A DNA stretch of 63,362 bases, the filler included, from Phoronis australis (lineage: Eukaryota > Animalia > Phoronida): assembly GCA_002633005.1 (NCBI GenBank). It is 6 parts of 6 records of this genome, joined end to end, with 100 filler letters (N's around TTAATTAATTAA, not from the genome) between each part and the next. Parts side by side here need not be neighbours in the genome. Positions count along the whole stretch, not along the records: positions 16,771 to 46,031 come from NMRA01001296.1; positions 46,132 to 53,673 come from NMRA01000531.1; 4 more parts are not named here. One strand, written 5' to 3'. The translations under genes and the position numbers were made by a program. Every line of letters begins with the position of its first letter. The stretch's first letter is position 1. The notes beneath the pieces were generated by a model. It saw only the letters and a list, made by a program, of their open reading frames with translations, was not told where the DNA came from and ran no database searches. Shown one piece after another: positions 36,901-48,036 of this stretch.

Positions 36901-39900
36901 GTTCTTACCCGTTTCGTCAAACATTATAAATTGAGCAACATTTCTTTCAATGGTTTAGTTGGTTATTGTAACAAATGTACAAACGGCGCCCTCTGGTGAT
37001 TAATTAGCAAGAATGTAAGACTGTTTCTCATGTGTATTGCAGACTACAACATTCCAAGGATTATCTCAGGAGGTTCTGTCAATGTGCATCCACTCTCTGC
37101 TTAATGCTTCTTCAGCTATTACTAAAAGAAAGGTGAGTGATCAATCAATAAAAATCACGTTCCATTTACATTTATGTTGCTGTCCCTCTCTGAGATCTTT
37201 CCTTTTTTTGGTATTGTCATGTGTATATCTCTGTTCTTGCACTACAGTTTGATAGTACTAACTTGCCCTTACACTTTGTGCATTGATATCAGTGAGCTGT
37301 GATAATTGCGCACTATTGATCTAATCAAAAATGCAATCTACATTTTAGATGATACAGGATTCATCTAACTTGATGTCAGAATGGATTAATCCTCTTGACC
37401 TGTGTATTCCTAGTTTGTGGTTTATGTTAAAAACCGAACGATCGCCACAAAAATAAATTAAAGTTCATGTTCAATCAACGTTTCGTCTATTCATTAGACA
37501 TCATCAGGATCATATCTACAACAATTTAAGACAGCAAGGGCCAACATACAGCTCAGGTAACTTCCATAAAGTGAAGTGAGAGATAGAGGGAATATAGTCA
37601 AGTATATCTCACTTCACTTTATGGATGTTACCTGAGCTGTATGTTGGACCTTGCTGTCCTAAATTGTTGTAAATATGATCCTGATAATGCGGCGATCGTC
37701 CAGTTTTTAATCTTACTGTGGCCAAAACCTGGTTTAATTATGGTTGATGTCATCCTGTGCCTGGGATCTTTCGTGCTTTGCTCATTTAACATTTTTACCA
37801 TGTTTTCCTATTACAAAGTTTTGATAGCTGTTACTTATTCTGAAGGCAGAGTATAATGCATTTTGTGTATTTCCAGGCTGGAGTTGATGGCCAGCTATTT
37901 CTTATAAAGCATTTGCTGATACTACGGGAGCAGATCGCTCCGTTCCACGTGAACTTTGCCATACGTGAGACGTCCCTGGACTTCAGTAAGATCAAGGACG
38001 CCGCCTATGGGCTGATCAATCACCGTGCTAACCTCTTCCGACTCAACTCCACCAATGCCCTGCTGCAATTTTTGCTCGAGGTGAAAATCATTTGGTATTA
38101 CAATTAAAGCAAATATTTTGCTATTCACATTGAAAATTCATAGTAATCTAAGCATGAAGAGTACAGCACTGAAGAAGATCTCTTGATGTCACTGAAATTT
38201 CTAATGGCACATCTTTTAATTTAAAGACATTTTGACTGTTTGAGCTGGTTCCAACTAATCATATGCCATACATCACACAAAACTTTGGGGACTTGTAAAC
38301 AATATGCCAGAAACCATCTCAGGTCAACTGCAATGTGATTTTTGGTGCCGAGTATAGCTGAACAACCACAATATAGATTTAAAGTAAGAAATTGAAGTGA
38401 GCTACAAATGCATTGTATGAATACTTAGACTTTTGGCAAGTCTTTTACGCGAAAGATTCTCGAGGCACACGCCATCCATTCAGGATGAAGTTAAATCCCA
38501 CCACCGAAAACCCCAGGCCTGTGGTCTGTAGACCCAAGAAATTCGCAAAACATTAGGTTATGCGTGAGTTTGCCAAAAATTGCCGTGCATTACAAGAGAA
38601 GTTACTTTATCACACCAGCTCTACTCGCTAAGTTCTTGCGCCTGCAGAACGCGGCCCAGATTTATACACGTCTCCCAAATTTGCAATGATATCAGTTTAT
38701 GAGCTGACCACCATCCCACAGAGCATTTAGCCATCAGTGCCACAAGTGAATAAGTTCTGACGTAGATGAAATCTCCCTTAGTCGCCCCATATCCTGTTTG
38801 AAAGGTTGTGCTCTTCTGAAAAACATGAAAAGGAAATACGGCCACTGCTGTTGCCTACCTTTGCTACTGACGCTTAGGAAATAGAATTCAGTGTTGATTT
38901 TTCAAGATCCTTCAGCAACCTATTCACTGCAATCTAGCAAAATGTTGATATGTTTTTTTCACAAGCTAAAAATGTCTCATTTAAACTGTGGATTTTTATC
39001 AAAATTTTTTAGCAAGCGCTATGTAGTGACTTCCTGTAGAACTGTGAGTATGTGGTATAATCGGTAAAGAAACAATTGTGGATAGATTGCGGTTTTAAAG
39101 AAAACAGCACAACAGATACAATTAAAAATAAGAAAAAAATAGTGTGAACATATAAAAAGCATTTAATAATTACAAATATTACGCAACCTTTATTTTATAG
39201 TGAAATAAGCAAATAATGAAAACTGTGTCTTGTCTCGTTTGGGTAATGACAATGCTCATTTACATAAAAATAGTCTCGCAAAACGAGACTTTCATGAGAG
39301 TGTAATGGTAACTGGGTCTCGTATGGTTTCCGGCACACTGGAGGACCCGGAGTTGTTTGTAAAATTTTCACAATTTAAGGAGACAATGCGTCTGTAAGTT
39401 TGATAATTTATGTACTTAACAATTTGTTTAGGGCACACCGCATGTCACTGAGTACCAAGTAGATTCCAAGAAAGATGTTGACAACCAACTCAAGAAGACT
39501 TGTGAAGAATTCATCAGTACATTGTCTCAGTCAGCTGTTGGAACCCTCGCTGATTTTCTGACAAAGGTGGGAAGTGCTATTAGTTCATTGGCGAGAGGCA
39601 GGCACACTTTTTCACTGTAACATTTTCATTCGAATCCTTTAAGGAAAGTTGCAGCAGTTTTGACAATTCTTAATCAATTTCCCTGACGAGGCATGTAGGG
39701 GAAAGATCTGTTTTGAAGTGTTAGAAATTTAAAGTTAAGGGGACTAAACCCGCCTCCTTGTGATTTACAGCACTTACTGTCGTGAAATTGATTTCTTAGT
39801 CAAATATTTACTTTTCTGTGAAAAAGTGTCTCCATATTATGGGAAACTCATGAAACATGAATTAAATGAATTTTTGAACCATTATTGTAAATCTAGTTAG

Positions 39901-42900
39901 TTTTCACTTGTGTACTTCCAGGCTGAGGTCATTACATGCATGAACAAGGAGGAAGGTGCTCACAGGGTGCAATTGAGCAAGCAGCCCTTCGCCAGTGCAG
40001 AGAAGGTTCACGATGTTGTGGCGGAAACCTACAGGAATGTAAAGACAAAGATCCCAGGGATCCAGCGCAGCATGTCTTTGTACCTGGCTAACAGGGATAC
40101 TGAGTACATCCTGTTCAAACCAATCAAGGTTAGTTATACTGGGTGTAGTGGAATTGAAAGGTTATGCAAACCTGTGGCTATAAAATTGTGTTCTGTCTAA
40201 GAAACTGAAGGCGCTGTCACAACAAACTCAGATAGACGGTGCAAGCCTGTCTCAACATGTCGATGAAGCAGGCTTCAAATGGGACACCATGAGTTTCTTA
40301 CTGAAACTGAAGAATAGAGTAATTGGTATATATAGCAAAATCACTTACTGACAGACTAAAATCGACGTATGCTAGCAGACGTTTCGGCCTGGTCTGCCAC
40401 GCCTTTTTTCGTTGATTGGAGTATCTGGTGTATTTCCTGCCATACGCTTGATAAGGATGTCACTGAGGAGGGGAGATAATTGGACACCGTGGTCCTGATT
40501 CAAAAGGGTCTCCTGATTTTGATAGATTCCTTGATTTTACGTGCCTGCCAGTTCTGCTCCTTGCCAATGATCTTGACAAAGGCAAGAGAGACAGAATGTC
40601 CAGTGCCCAATGCGTGCTGTTCCATGGCAGTCAGTCTGTCAAGGTTTTTGTGTTCTTTAAACCTGTTTCCAAGTGATCTTGTGTTTCTCGGAGTGGAATC
40701 CTGGTCACACGTAAGCTCCTGGTAAATAGCCTTGTTTGTGTCTTCGGAATTCTTGGATCAATTTTCATGAACTTTTTAGATTTCAATTATGGAGACAACA
40801 GCACCTTTTTATTTTCTCAGACTGCTTTGATGATTCTGCGTCACCTAGTGTCCATTTTTTTAGTTTTCACGTTCGTTGTTTAGAGTCCCTCTTTCGGTCA
40901 GACAAACCGCTTGAAGGATCATTATAAAAATTGGCAGGTGTTTTCCTGATGGGGAGTTGGCAGCTAGCAATTTTCGCACAGGTTTGACAACTCTGGCACC
41001 CCTTAGTAGACACTTTTGCATCCACGGCTGTATCTCCTTAACCCTTTTCAAGAAGTGTTTAAAATTTGGTAGATGTGTCCCTATGGACATGCAGGAAGGA
41101 GGTGATGAGTTTCAGGTCTATCTGATGATTGGTGTGCCCCCTAGTGGTAATATTATTTTTATATTTTCATGTGCATCGTTGGAATTCAATTGATAGATTT
41201 TCATGGAACGTGGCAAATACGTTTTACTTTCTATTAAAGAGCTAACAATGCCCTCCGATTGTGAGGCAGATTTGACGTATTGTGCGTCACCTAGTGGGGA
41301 TTTTGAAAAGTTTGGCAAACAGCTCTCCGTCAAACGACTCGAAGGGTTATTGTGAAAATTGGCAGATGTGATTCAGGGCCCGGTCTCTAATCTTTGTACT
41401 CGAAACGAACTCGAAACTATTTTTGGCAATTTCTCTGCTCCTTTTGTGCGAACTTAAGATAATTGGTTATCAGACTGTGCTCGAATACATTATAGTTTAT
41501 GCATAGGAGTTTCTAGTTCAAGTTTGCCCTTGAAGACCCTTATATTCGTGCTGCAAACTCGAGTAAAAACTTGAAATTTCGAGTTCAAACTCGAACTTAT
41601 TGCTTTAATATTGGGTTTACAAACTGTGAACTAAGGGCAATAAATTATCTACGTAAGTTATTGTGTACTCGAGCATAGAATAATAGACACTTATCTTGTA
41701 AAGTAGAGTAGAAAATGCCAAATCTAATTTCGAGTTCCATTTCGAGTAAAAAGATTGGAGACCGGGCCCTGATGAGAAGACCACATTTTACCGTGATATT
41801 TGGATGGGTTTGGCTATTTTAGTTCCCCTGGTGGCAATGTTGTTGTTTTTGTATCTACTGCTGTCTTCTTGATGCTTTGTAATGTCTTTGTGAAGTTTGG
41901 TGGATGTGTTCATAGATCCTTTGGAGCTGAAAACAGATTATGGTGAATTTTGGACCCATGTGACTACCACTGTGCCTCCTAGTGCCAATTTTAGTTTTTA
42001 TGTTTGTCTCTGTTTCTTTGTTCATTGATGGATTTTTGTGGAATTTGGAAAATAGGTTTCTGTTGAGGAGATGACGATAGTCTTCCATTTTTGTGTCCAT
42101 TGGATTTGTTTTTGTACCACCTAGTGGCTGTCTTTATTTTTTCTAGTCAGCCAAACTGGTTAGAGGATCATTTAAAAAACTTGATAGATGTGTTCCAAGC
42201 CTTGTTTTTTTCTTGACTATATAAGGTATTGCTACTTTTGATGCAGTCCGTATTTGGATTTCCTGTTTCAGGGTGCTAATATGTTCTTGCAGTACAGTGT
42301 TACATTGTATTGAATGTGTTGTCCTTTTGAACTTTTTCAAATCATGGTCCTACCTAGTTAACTCTTTTCATATTTTTATATGCTTTTACTTTACAGATGA
42401 ATGTTCAGCAGAAATTTCAACAGCTGGCTGAACTTGTCAAAGCCAACTATTCTGAGGAAGACCAACAAATTATTGCTTGTCCATCTTTTGAGCAGGTTAG
42501 GAGTTTGCTTTCACAAGACTTCAAGCCAACATTGTGTGAATACATAGTGTAATTCGGCATAGTATCCCTTCTAATAAAAGCCTTGTTGAAGGTGACACGA
42601 CAATATTCATTCATAATTTTCCATCTACATTTCTCAAACTCTCTGAATATACCTCTTGTCACTGATAAATTGGAGTACCGAAAGACATGATAATGATACT
42701 AATGATAAGATGATAACGTTGAAAGTTAACCTAACTACCCATGCCAAATGACAGTGTATGGATGTCGCAAGCTATTGCTTTAACTTGCGAGATCGACGCG
42801 ACGGGCTGCCTGTTGTATACCACCATGCGGTCATCTGTGCGATTTTACACCTATTCGGCAGTCTGTATCATACCGTTGACAAAGAGTACATCGCTCGAAA

Positions 42901-43174
42901 CGTGGGGAATATTTTAATCTATTTTGTAACCGATGCTCGTCGTTTTATTTTTACTATTTTTAAGTGTTATAATTTACTTAAGGTGGCGCTGTACATGGCT
43001 TATCAACGTTTTGTTGGATGTCTTCAAAGACTCGAGACTGTGAATTAAGTAGCGTTTATAAGAAAGGTTGTGCACAAAGTTATACTATGCAACGTTCATA
43101 TTGTCCATCTTATACATTTTCAGGTCAACCTATTGTTGAGCTCACATTCAAGTGGAGGAGTTCTGAAGACATGA
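21999..43174 (+). CDS. COG3: Conserved oligomeric Golgi complex subunit 3 (Sec34), complete, 21 coding exons, about 838 aa
   Basis: Exons: 21999-22163, 22901-23023, 23768-23829, 24361-24526, 25216-25290, 25652-25744, 26412-26540, 27803-27918, 28675-28801, 30163-30254, 31283-31388, 31712-31745, 32202-32362, 33952-34117, 35379-35494, 37043-37132, 37877-38080, 39432-39566, 39922-40128, 42397-42495, 43124-43174. Total 2517 nt, all GT-AG and in phase. Motifs: [78 protein letters not shown]. Confidence 0.96.
26546..27171. mobile_element. TIR element inserted at the COG3 exon 7 donor, flanked by a 13-bp direct repeat
   Basis: IR at about 26551-26623 and 27054-27149 (TTTTGGAGCAGATAAC / GTTATCTGCTCCAAAA; CTTGTTTCACC / GGTGAAACAAG). 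Direct repeat CAAGAAAGGTAAT at 26533-26545 and 27172-27184. Confidence 0.7.
27650..27824 (+). repeat. About 59-bp degenerate tandem repeat (3 copies) overlapping the COG3 exon 8 acceptor
   Basis: CACCCTTTTACAGGATGTGACCTC occurs at about 27672 and 27790, with a decayed middle copy. Confidence 0.8.
29451..29696 (+). mobile_element. tRNA-derived SINE
   Basis: A-box-like GGCCTAGTGG, B-box GTTCGAGTCC, about 200-nt body and an AATAAATTATT tail. Confidence 0.65.
37427..37710. repeat. Foldback palindrome resembling an inverted Penelope pLTR
   Basis: Arms at about 37500-37585 and 37604-37688 are near-perfect reverse complements. Outer IR TTAAAAACCGAACGATCGCC / GGCGATCGTCCAGTTTTTAA. Confidence 0.8.
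37473..37511 (-). ncRNA. Candidate minimal type I hammerhead ribozyme
   Basis: The minus strand reads GAUC-CUGAUGA-U-GUCUA-AUGAA-UAGAC-GAAA-CG-UU-GAUU: both core boxes, a 5-bp stem II, a loopless palindromic stem III and a short stem I. Confidence 0.55.
39095..39398 (-). mobile_element. Dispersed repeat, inverted copy of the family at 44248-44680
   Basis: GACAATGCTCAT..TCTCGCAAAACGAGAC is the reverse complement of about 44355-44395. The terminus GAGACAATGCGTCT corresponds to AGACGCATAGTCTC. Confidence 0.65.
40360..40740 (-). mobile_element. Penelope-like retroelement 3' remnant (GIY-YIG endonuclease C-terminus)
   Basis: The minus strand encodes [52 protein letters not shown], followed by a decayed hammerhead-like GGC..GGCCGAAACGTC. 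Confidence 0.8.
40780..42230. repeat. Dispersed repeat with degenerate internal units of about 120-130 bp (Helentron/HINE-like, tentative)
   Basis: Recurrent CC(C)TAGTGG, AAAATTGGCAG(A/G)TGTG and CTGTATCTCC motifs. Related stretches at about 49840-50260 (-) and 54590-54860 (+). Confidence 0.45.
41374..41771. mobile_element. MITE with about 45-bp TIRs (Harbinger-like, tentative), nested in the repeat above
   Basis: CAGGGCCCGGTCTCTAATCTTTGTACTCGAAACGAACTCGAAA / TTTCGAGTTCCATTTCGAGTAAAAAGATTGGAGACCGGGCCCTG. Confidence 0.8.
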
Positions 43175-43657
43175 AAATGTTTACCCCGTTGTATTCATAG
43201 ATTCCTGGGTATGGTTTTAGAGGTGTTGGTCTGCCAGTCAAGACCATGTCTACTTAATTTCTTGTGTTGGTGTTGGCCCATAAACGTAATATTTAAGTGC
43301 CTGTGTTTTGAAACTGTTCCTAAAATGCAGGGCAATTGTTCACTTATTGCTCACAAACTGCCTGATTGAAAATGATCACTTTTATTTTCCATTTTTAAAG
43401 GCCGATCGCTACAAATAATGGTAATTTTACCAAAAAGTTGTTTGATGATATTAACAAAATTTGAACCATGCTAGTGATAGACTAACATTTTCCTATTCTT
43501 TATTTTTGTGGAGAAGTTTCATAAAATAGAATTTCACATGTCGGCCATATTGTGTGCTAAATAAGAGATTTGCCAGATTTGACGCCTATTCTTTGGGTAC
43601 ATTGTGTGCTTGTGAAATGGTTGTAAATATATTTATCCATCGGAGTAAGATGTTAAT

Positions 43658-43663
43658 AATAAA
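43658..43663 (+). terminator. Candidate COG3 polyadenylation signal AATAAA
   Basis: About 480 nt after the stop codon, followed by T-rich sequence. Confidence 0.4.
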
Positions 43664-44247
43664 TTCAATCTTTTCTCAAAACATTGTTATTTCTGACTTT
43701 TGACCTTAAAAATTGGAATTCACTCAAAGCAGCCGCCTGCTATTAATCCTGTGTTCATTATTAAAAAGATTCCCTTTTGATCAACAGTACTAACTGTTAC
43801 AACACCAGTCTCAACTTGCTCCTTAAACCCATGAACAATGGTTTGTGGACTTGGATGTTACGTTCATACAAACAGACGTGCTTTGACAAACAGTTCGAGC
43901 TATTGGGAACAGTCCGTTCCTTTCTAAGCCCTGGAGTCGCCTTTAATTTATTAATGAAGGAGCTTTGTGTTACCACCAATTTCATGACGATGGGCAAGTT
44001 TACAGTGGCTATAAAAACAGTAGAGTGACTGCATGTAAATAACATGGACTTGTGACAATGTCATTCAATACTATGACAACGTACAACTTTGTTATACATT
44101 AGTGAAAACAAAAACCTGCTACAAACCTGGTATTTGTGCAAAACTTAACTTCTGGGTTGGGCAACTTTGGGACTTATCAATTATAAAACACTAGTTTGCT
44201 ACTGAGAAGTGATATTGGTAACTCGAGACCAGTCTCAATAACACAAC

Positions 44248-44680
44248 TTAAAGACGCATAGTCTCATTAAATAGTGAATCTGCAAATAAAGTATGAATTT
44301 ACAAACAACCCCTCGCTGTTACCAGTCTCCTTTACAATCTCGCGAATGTCTCGTTTTGCGAGATTATTTTTTGTGTACATGAGCATTGTCGTTGCCCAAA
44401 TGAAACGAGGAACAGTTTCTATTGCTTATTTCACTATCAAATAACAATTGTGTAATATTTAGAATCAAATAACAATTGTGTAATATTTAGAATCAAATAA
44501 AAATTGTGTAATATTTAGAATCAAATAACAATTGTGTAATATTTAGAATCAAATAACAATTGTGTAATTAGGATAACTAGCCATGGTTTTTATATGTTCA
44601 CACTTGTTTTTAATTGTATCAGTTGTGATGTTTTCTTTTAAAACCGGAACTTGTTTACAAATTATATAGTATATTTTCCT
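44248..44680 (+). mobile_element. TTAA-flanked non-autonomous repeat containing a 28-bp minisatellite
   Basis: Starts TTAA|AGACGCATAGTCTC. Unit ATCAAATAACAATTGTGTAATATTTAGA occurs about 4.7 times at 44436-44568. Confidence 0.6.
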
Positions 44681-46031
44681 GATTATACTTGAACAGACAG
44701 TTCTCCAGGAGGTCACTAGGTGGCGCTTGTAAATTGTTGACCTGATGCTCAAGTAATATCAAACCCAGAAATCACTTTAAGACCAAGTTGAGACAAGTTT
44801 TCTATATGGAATTTGTCCGAATCAAATCTCAAGTTTTAGAAACCAAGTGCATTAGTGTGCTTATTATGACATTGGGACAGTCAAATTATCTTCATAGATT
44901 TATTCATAGAAATGACCAGGCATAAAGACCTATACACGAAGCAGAAAATGTATAAATTAGAAATTCTAAATTTGACTACAATAATATTTGTAACTTGACA
45001 TTGTCCTCAGAACAAAAACTCCTAATTTAACCACGTTACAAAAGTTAAACCTTTTTAATTTACATTGCACACGCACGCAAGCTCGTGCACACACGCACAA
45101 ACACCCACACACGCACACTCCCATTCAACGTGTACCGTGTCGTGTTCTCTTACCCCTTTAAATGGATACAAGATTCAAAATTTATAACACTTAGAAAAAT
45201 ATATTGATTTCACTACGCGACTTTCAAGTGCCGGAGAAATTGACTCAAAGCAGCCGTGTATGAAATGATACACAACGTGACTAAATTGAGCAAAGCAATT
45301 CTGAATAAAGACTACTCCAATGACAGCAACATTGCTGCAGAAATGACGAAAAACAATGATTCTCAATTACTGAAGAACAGTAATTAAAAAAATGCTTCGC
45401 TACTTCACACACAACAACCCATCACACTTACGTGTAAGTTAGTAAAAACCATTTTTCTTCAAATTATCATTCCTCAAATTGTGCAAAGTTACATTAAGAT
45501 TACAACAAACTGACTTCCCAAATATATTCAGTGCAAAATCATTTGATTTGTTGTCCGACTGAACTTAGAGCTGTTCCAGTAAAATCTGTATGGGAGGGGG
45601 GGAAGGCACCTTTTTTCGCACCCACCACCCATATTTTTCATTTATTTCTTCAGCCTACCACCCGTAATTTTTTACAAGTTTGAAATGCAACCACCCGTAA
45701 TTTTTTTTTGTTCTTGTGGTTGACTGCACAGGCACTTGAGTTTATATGTTCCTCCATCACCACTAACGTCATTCATTACTAAGAAAACATATGTTTCTTA
45801 TATACATGTATGGTTATTAGCCATCGAGAAATTCGAGCACCTGTGGTTAACTGGTGTTATGGGCATGCCGATGAGGAGATCGGAGGGAGTGAAAAAGTCG
45901 GAGCTTTTTGCAAGTTGCATTTTTGTTTCAGTTTTTGATTCTGTGTAGATTGTAAATAAAATTTACTAAAATTACCCACCATCAAACATTTATGGCCCAA
46001 TGAAACAACAACGACCTGTAAATTTTAATTT

Positions 46032-46131
46032 NNNNNNNNNNNNNNNNNNNNNNNNNNNNNNNNNNNNNNNNNNNNTTAATTAATTAANNNNNNNNNNNNN
46101 NNNNNNNNNNNNNNNNNNNNNNNNNNNNNNN
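46032..46131. other. Artificial contig spacer
   Basis: 44N-TTAATTAATTAA-44N. Confidence 0.97.
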
Positions 46132-46202
46132 ATCTTAGGTTACCGATACGTCACAGGGCGTAAATATGACGATATTTGCTTCCGATTTCACCCGTTTCGG
46201 AG

Positions 46203-46406
46203 ACCTGGCGTGCGTTCAGTCGACGCTAGGACCTACGCTAGGGCCTACGCTAGGACCTACGCTAGGACCTACGCTAGGACCTACGCTAGGACCTACGCTA
46301 GGACCTAGTCACGTGCTCTCATTTAAAATGCAAGGCAATATCTCACGTAATCTCGCGAAGCCTTGCTTTTTAGCGAGGTCCTAGCGTTACTGAACGGGAG
46401 GCGGGT
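46203..46406. repeat. Small IR element with an expanded 12-bp tandem array (ACGCTAGGACCT x7)
   Basis: Array at about 46223-46306. IR CGTTCAGT..ACGCTAGGACCT / AGGTCCTAGCGTTACTGAACG. A related end TAGCCTGGCGTGCGTTCAGTAACGCT lies at about 51597. Confidence 0.7.
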
Positions 46407-48036
46407 GTCGCAACGCCTTGGGTTACAATAAGCCCCCCCTCCCCTGAAACGAATTTTTCTAAGCACCCTGGGTGGTTATTATGGCGAATAAGGATATGAT
46501 GATTAATGCGCGGTCAAAAAGCGCGACATTTAGATGGTGTGACAGCTAGGATGGCAGAAAAATTAAAAAAAAAACAAAAAAAAAACAGGACAGTTCAACA
46601 AGAGCTGGGGAAAGTGCCAAATACACTGCACGCTGTCACCAACACCAAGTACTGGATTGGGTTCTTTTACAAGGTAAAATTTGCATTTTTTAAGTTTTAT
46701 TTCAGCAGTATCAGTAAATACTACAGATAACAGATAAGTCTACTTCTCAGAAATCAACAGTATCTGGGCAACAGGTAAATTATTGCACAAATGAGTTATA
46801 GAAACAATTGAAAACAAAATATAGTTTCCTAAATTATAATTTTGTTTCCGTTTTAGAAATTTTTTCATCCAAGTCACAAAAGTCCTGTTTTTTTGATAGA
46901 CCCTCAAGCAAAAGTGGAACACCTTAAAAACTATTCCTAACACTGTTTTTTTCGAGATCAGTACACAGAGCATAGTTTTCAAATCCGATCAGTAATTTTT
47001 GAGATGCCAGGCTTAAAAATTAGCCAAATTCTGACATTTCAGTCCTAGGGTTCTGCATACAGTTAAGGTTAGGTAAGGACCTTGAACATTTTTTGGCCAA
47101 ATTTGGAACATTGTATCTCAGAAATGGCTGATGGTATTCACATGGGACTTTCACATATACTTTATACAGTGTTTTCAAAAAACTGACAAGATAAAAGAAT
47201 GAGTTTAACACAGGAAAGAATGTCAAAGGTAGGTTATTACTCATAGTAAAATTTCACAAATTACTAACAAAAATAATAGCAAATTTCAAAGTCAAACTTT
47301 CGATCAGAATGTCCCAAAAAGTTTTATAACATTGCCTGGTGGTAGTCAAGGCATAGAGCTTAAAAATGACAAATTCAATACATTTAATTTCCCAAGTAAA
47401 TGAAACATGTTACATTCGAGGGCACCACTTTTGAAGTGTGTTCACCCTTGTTCATTTTTTCATAGATGTTGACAAGCATTGAAGTTCTCACACTTGTAAT
47501 TTAGGCACAACAACTTGTATTCGTAAAAGATGTTAATTAAACTGCATTTTTGTATAACATACACAAAAACAAAACAGGATCTTCAATCCAGGAACCAAAA
47601 TTCCTAAAGCTCCCTGTCCTTGCAGCTCCACTAAAAATCATCATGACCAATAGCAAAATCTGAAACATTATCAGTCAAAGGCTGGTGACCTCAGCTCAAA
47701 TAAAGGTATGGAAAAGCTGCTTCACATTGTGACAGAATACTGAATTTAATTTAATTAAATTTTCCAACAGAAGTATATAATAAATGCGTACCTCCTTATC
47801 TGCACTGAGGTTGTAAAGTGCAGCTGTTATCAGCTGACACATGGTCAGTTTTGAGAATAGTAACTATGCGATAAGCTTTTGAAAAATGCTAAAAATGGCA
47901 ATTTTGGCAATTAATTTTTTATTAAATTTGAAGATTTTTTGTATTTTTTACCAAAAACTCTACTGGCTGGTTGCGGAAAAATGATTTCTGAACACTTAAA
48001 AGTAAGAAGGCAAACCATGACATTGCCAATACTCAC

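Noticed and set aside
39680-39712. CTGACGAG..GAAAG hammerhead-like core
   Set aside because: Stem II cannot form and there is no C before GAAA.
16890-46031. Inverted copies of one repeat (GCTGTTCCAGTAAAATC.GT.TGGGAGGGGG) near both ends of contig 2, read as a giant transposon carrying PARL and COG3
   Set aside because: The termini face the genes, so these are two separate elements. Contigs commonly break at abundant repeats.
46166-46384. ORF with (TLGP)n repeats
   Set aside because: It is the translation of a 12-bp minisatellite inside a MITE.
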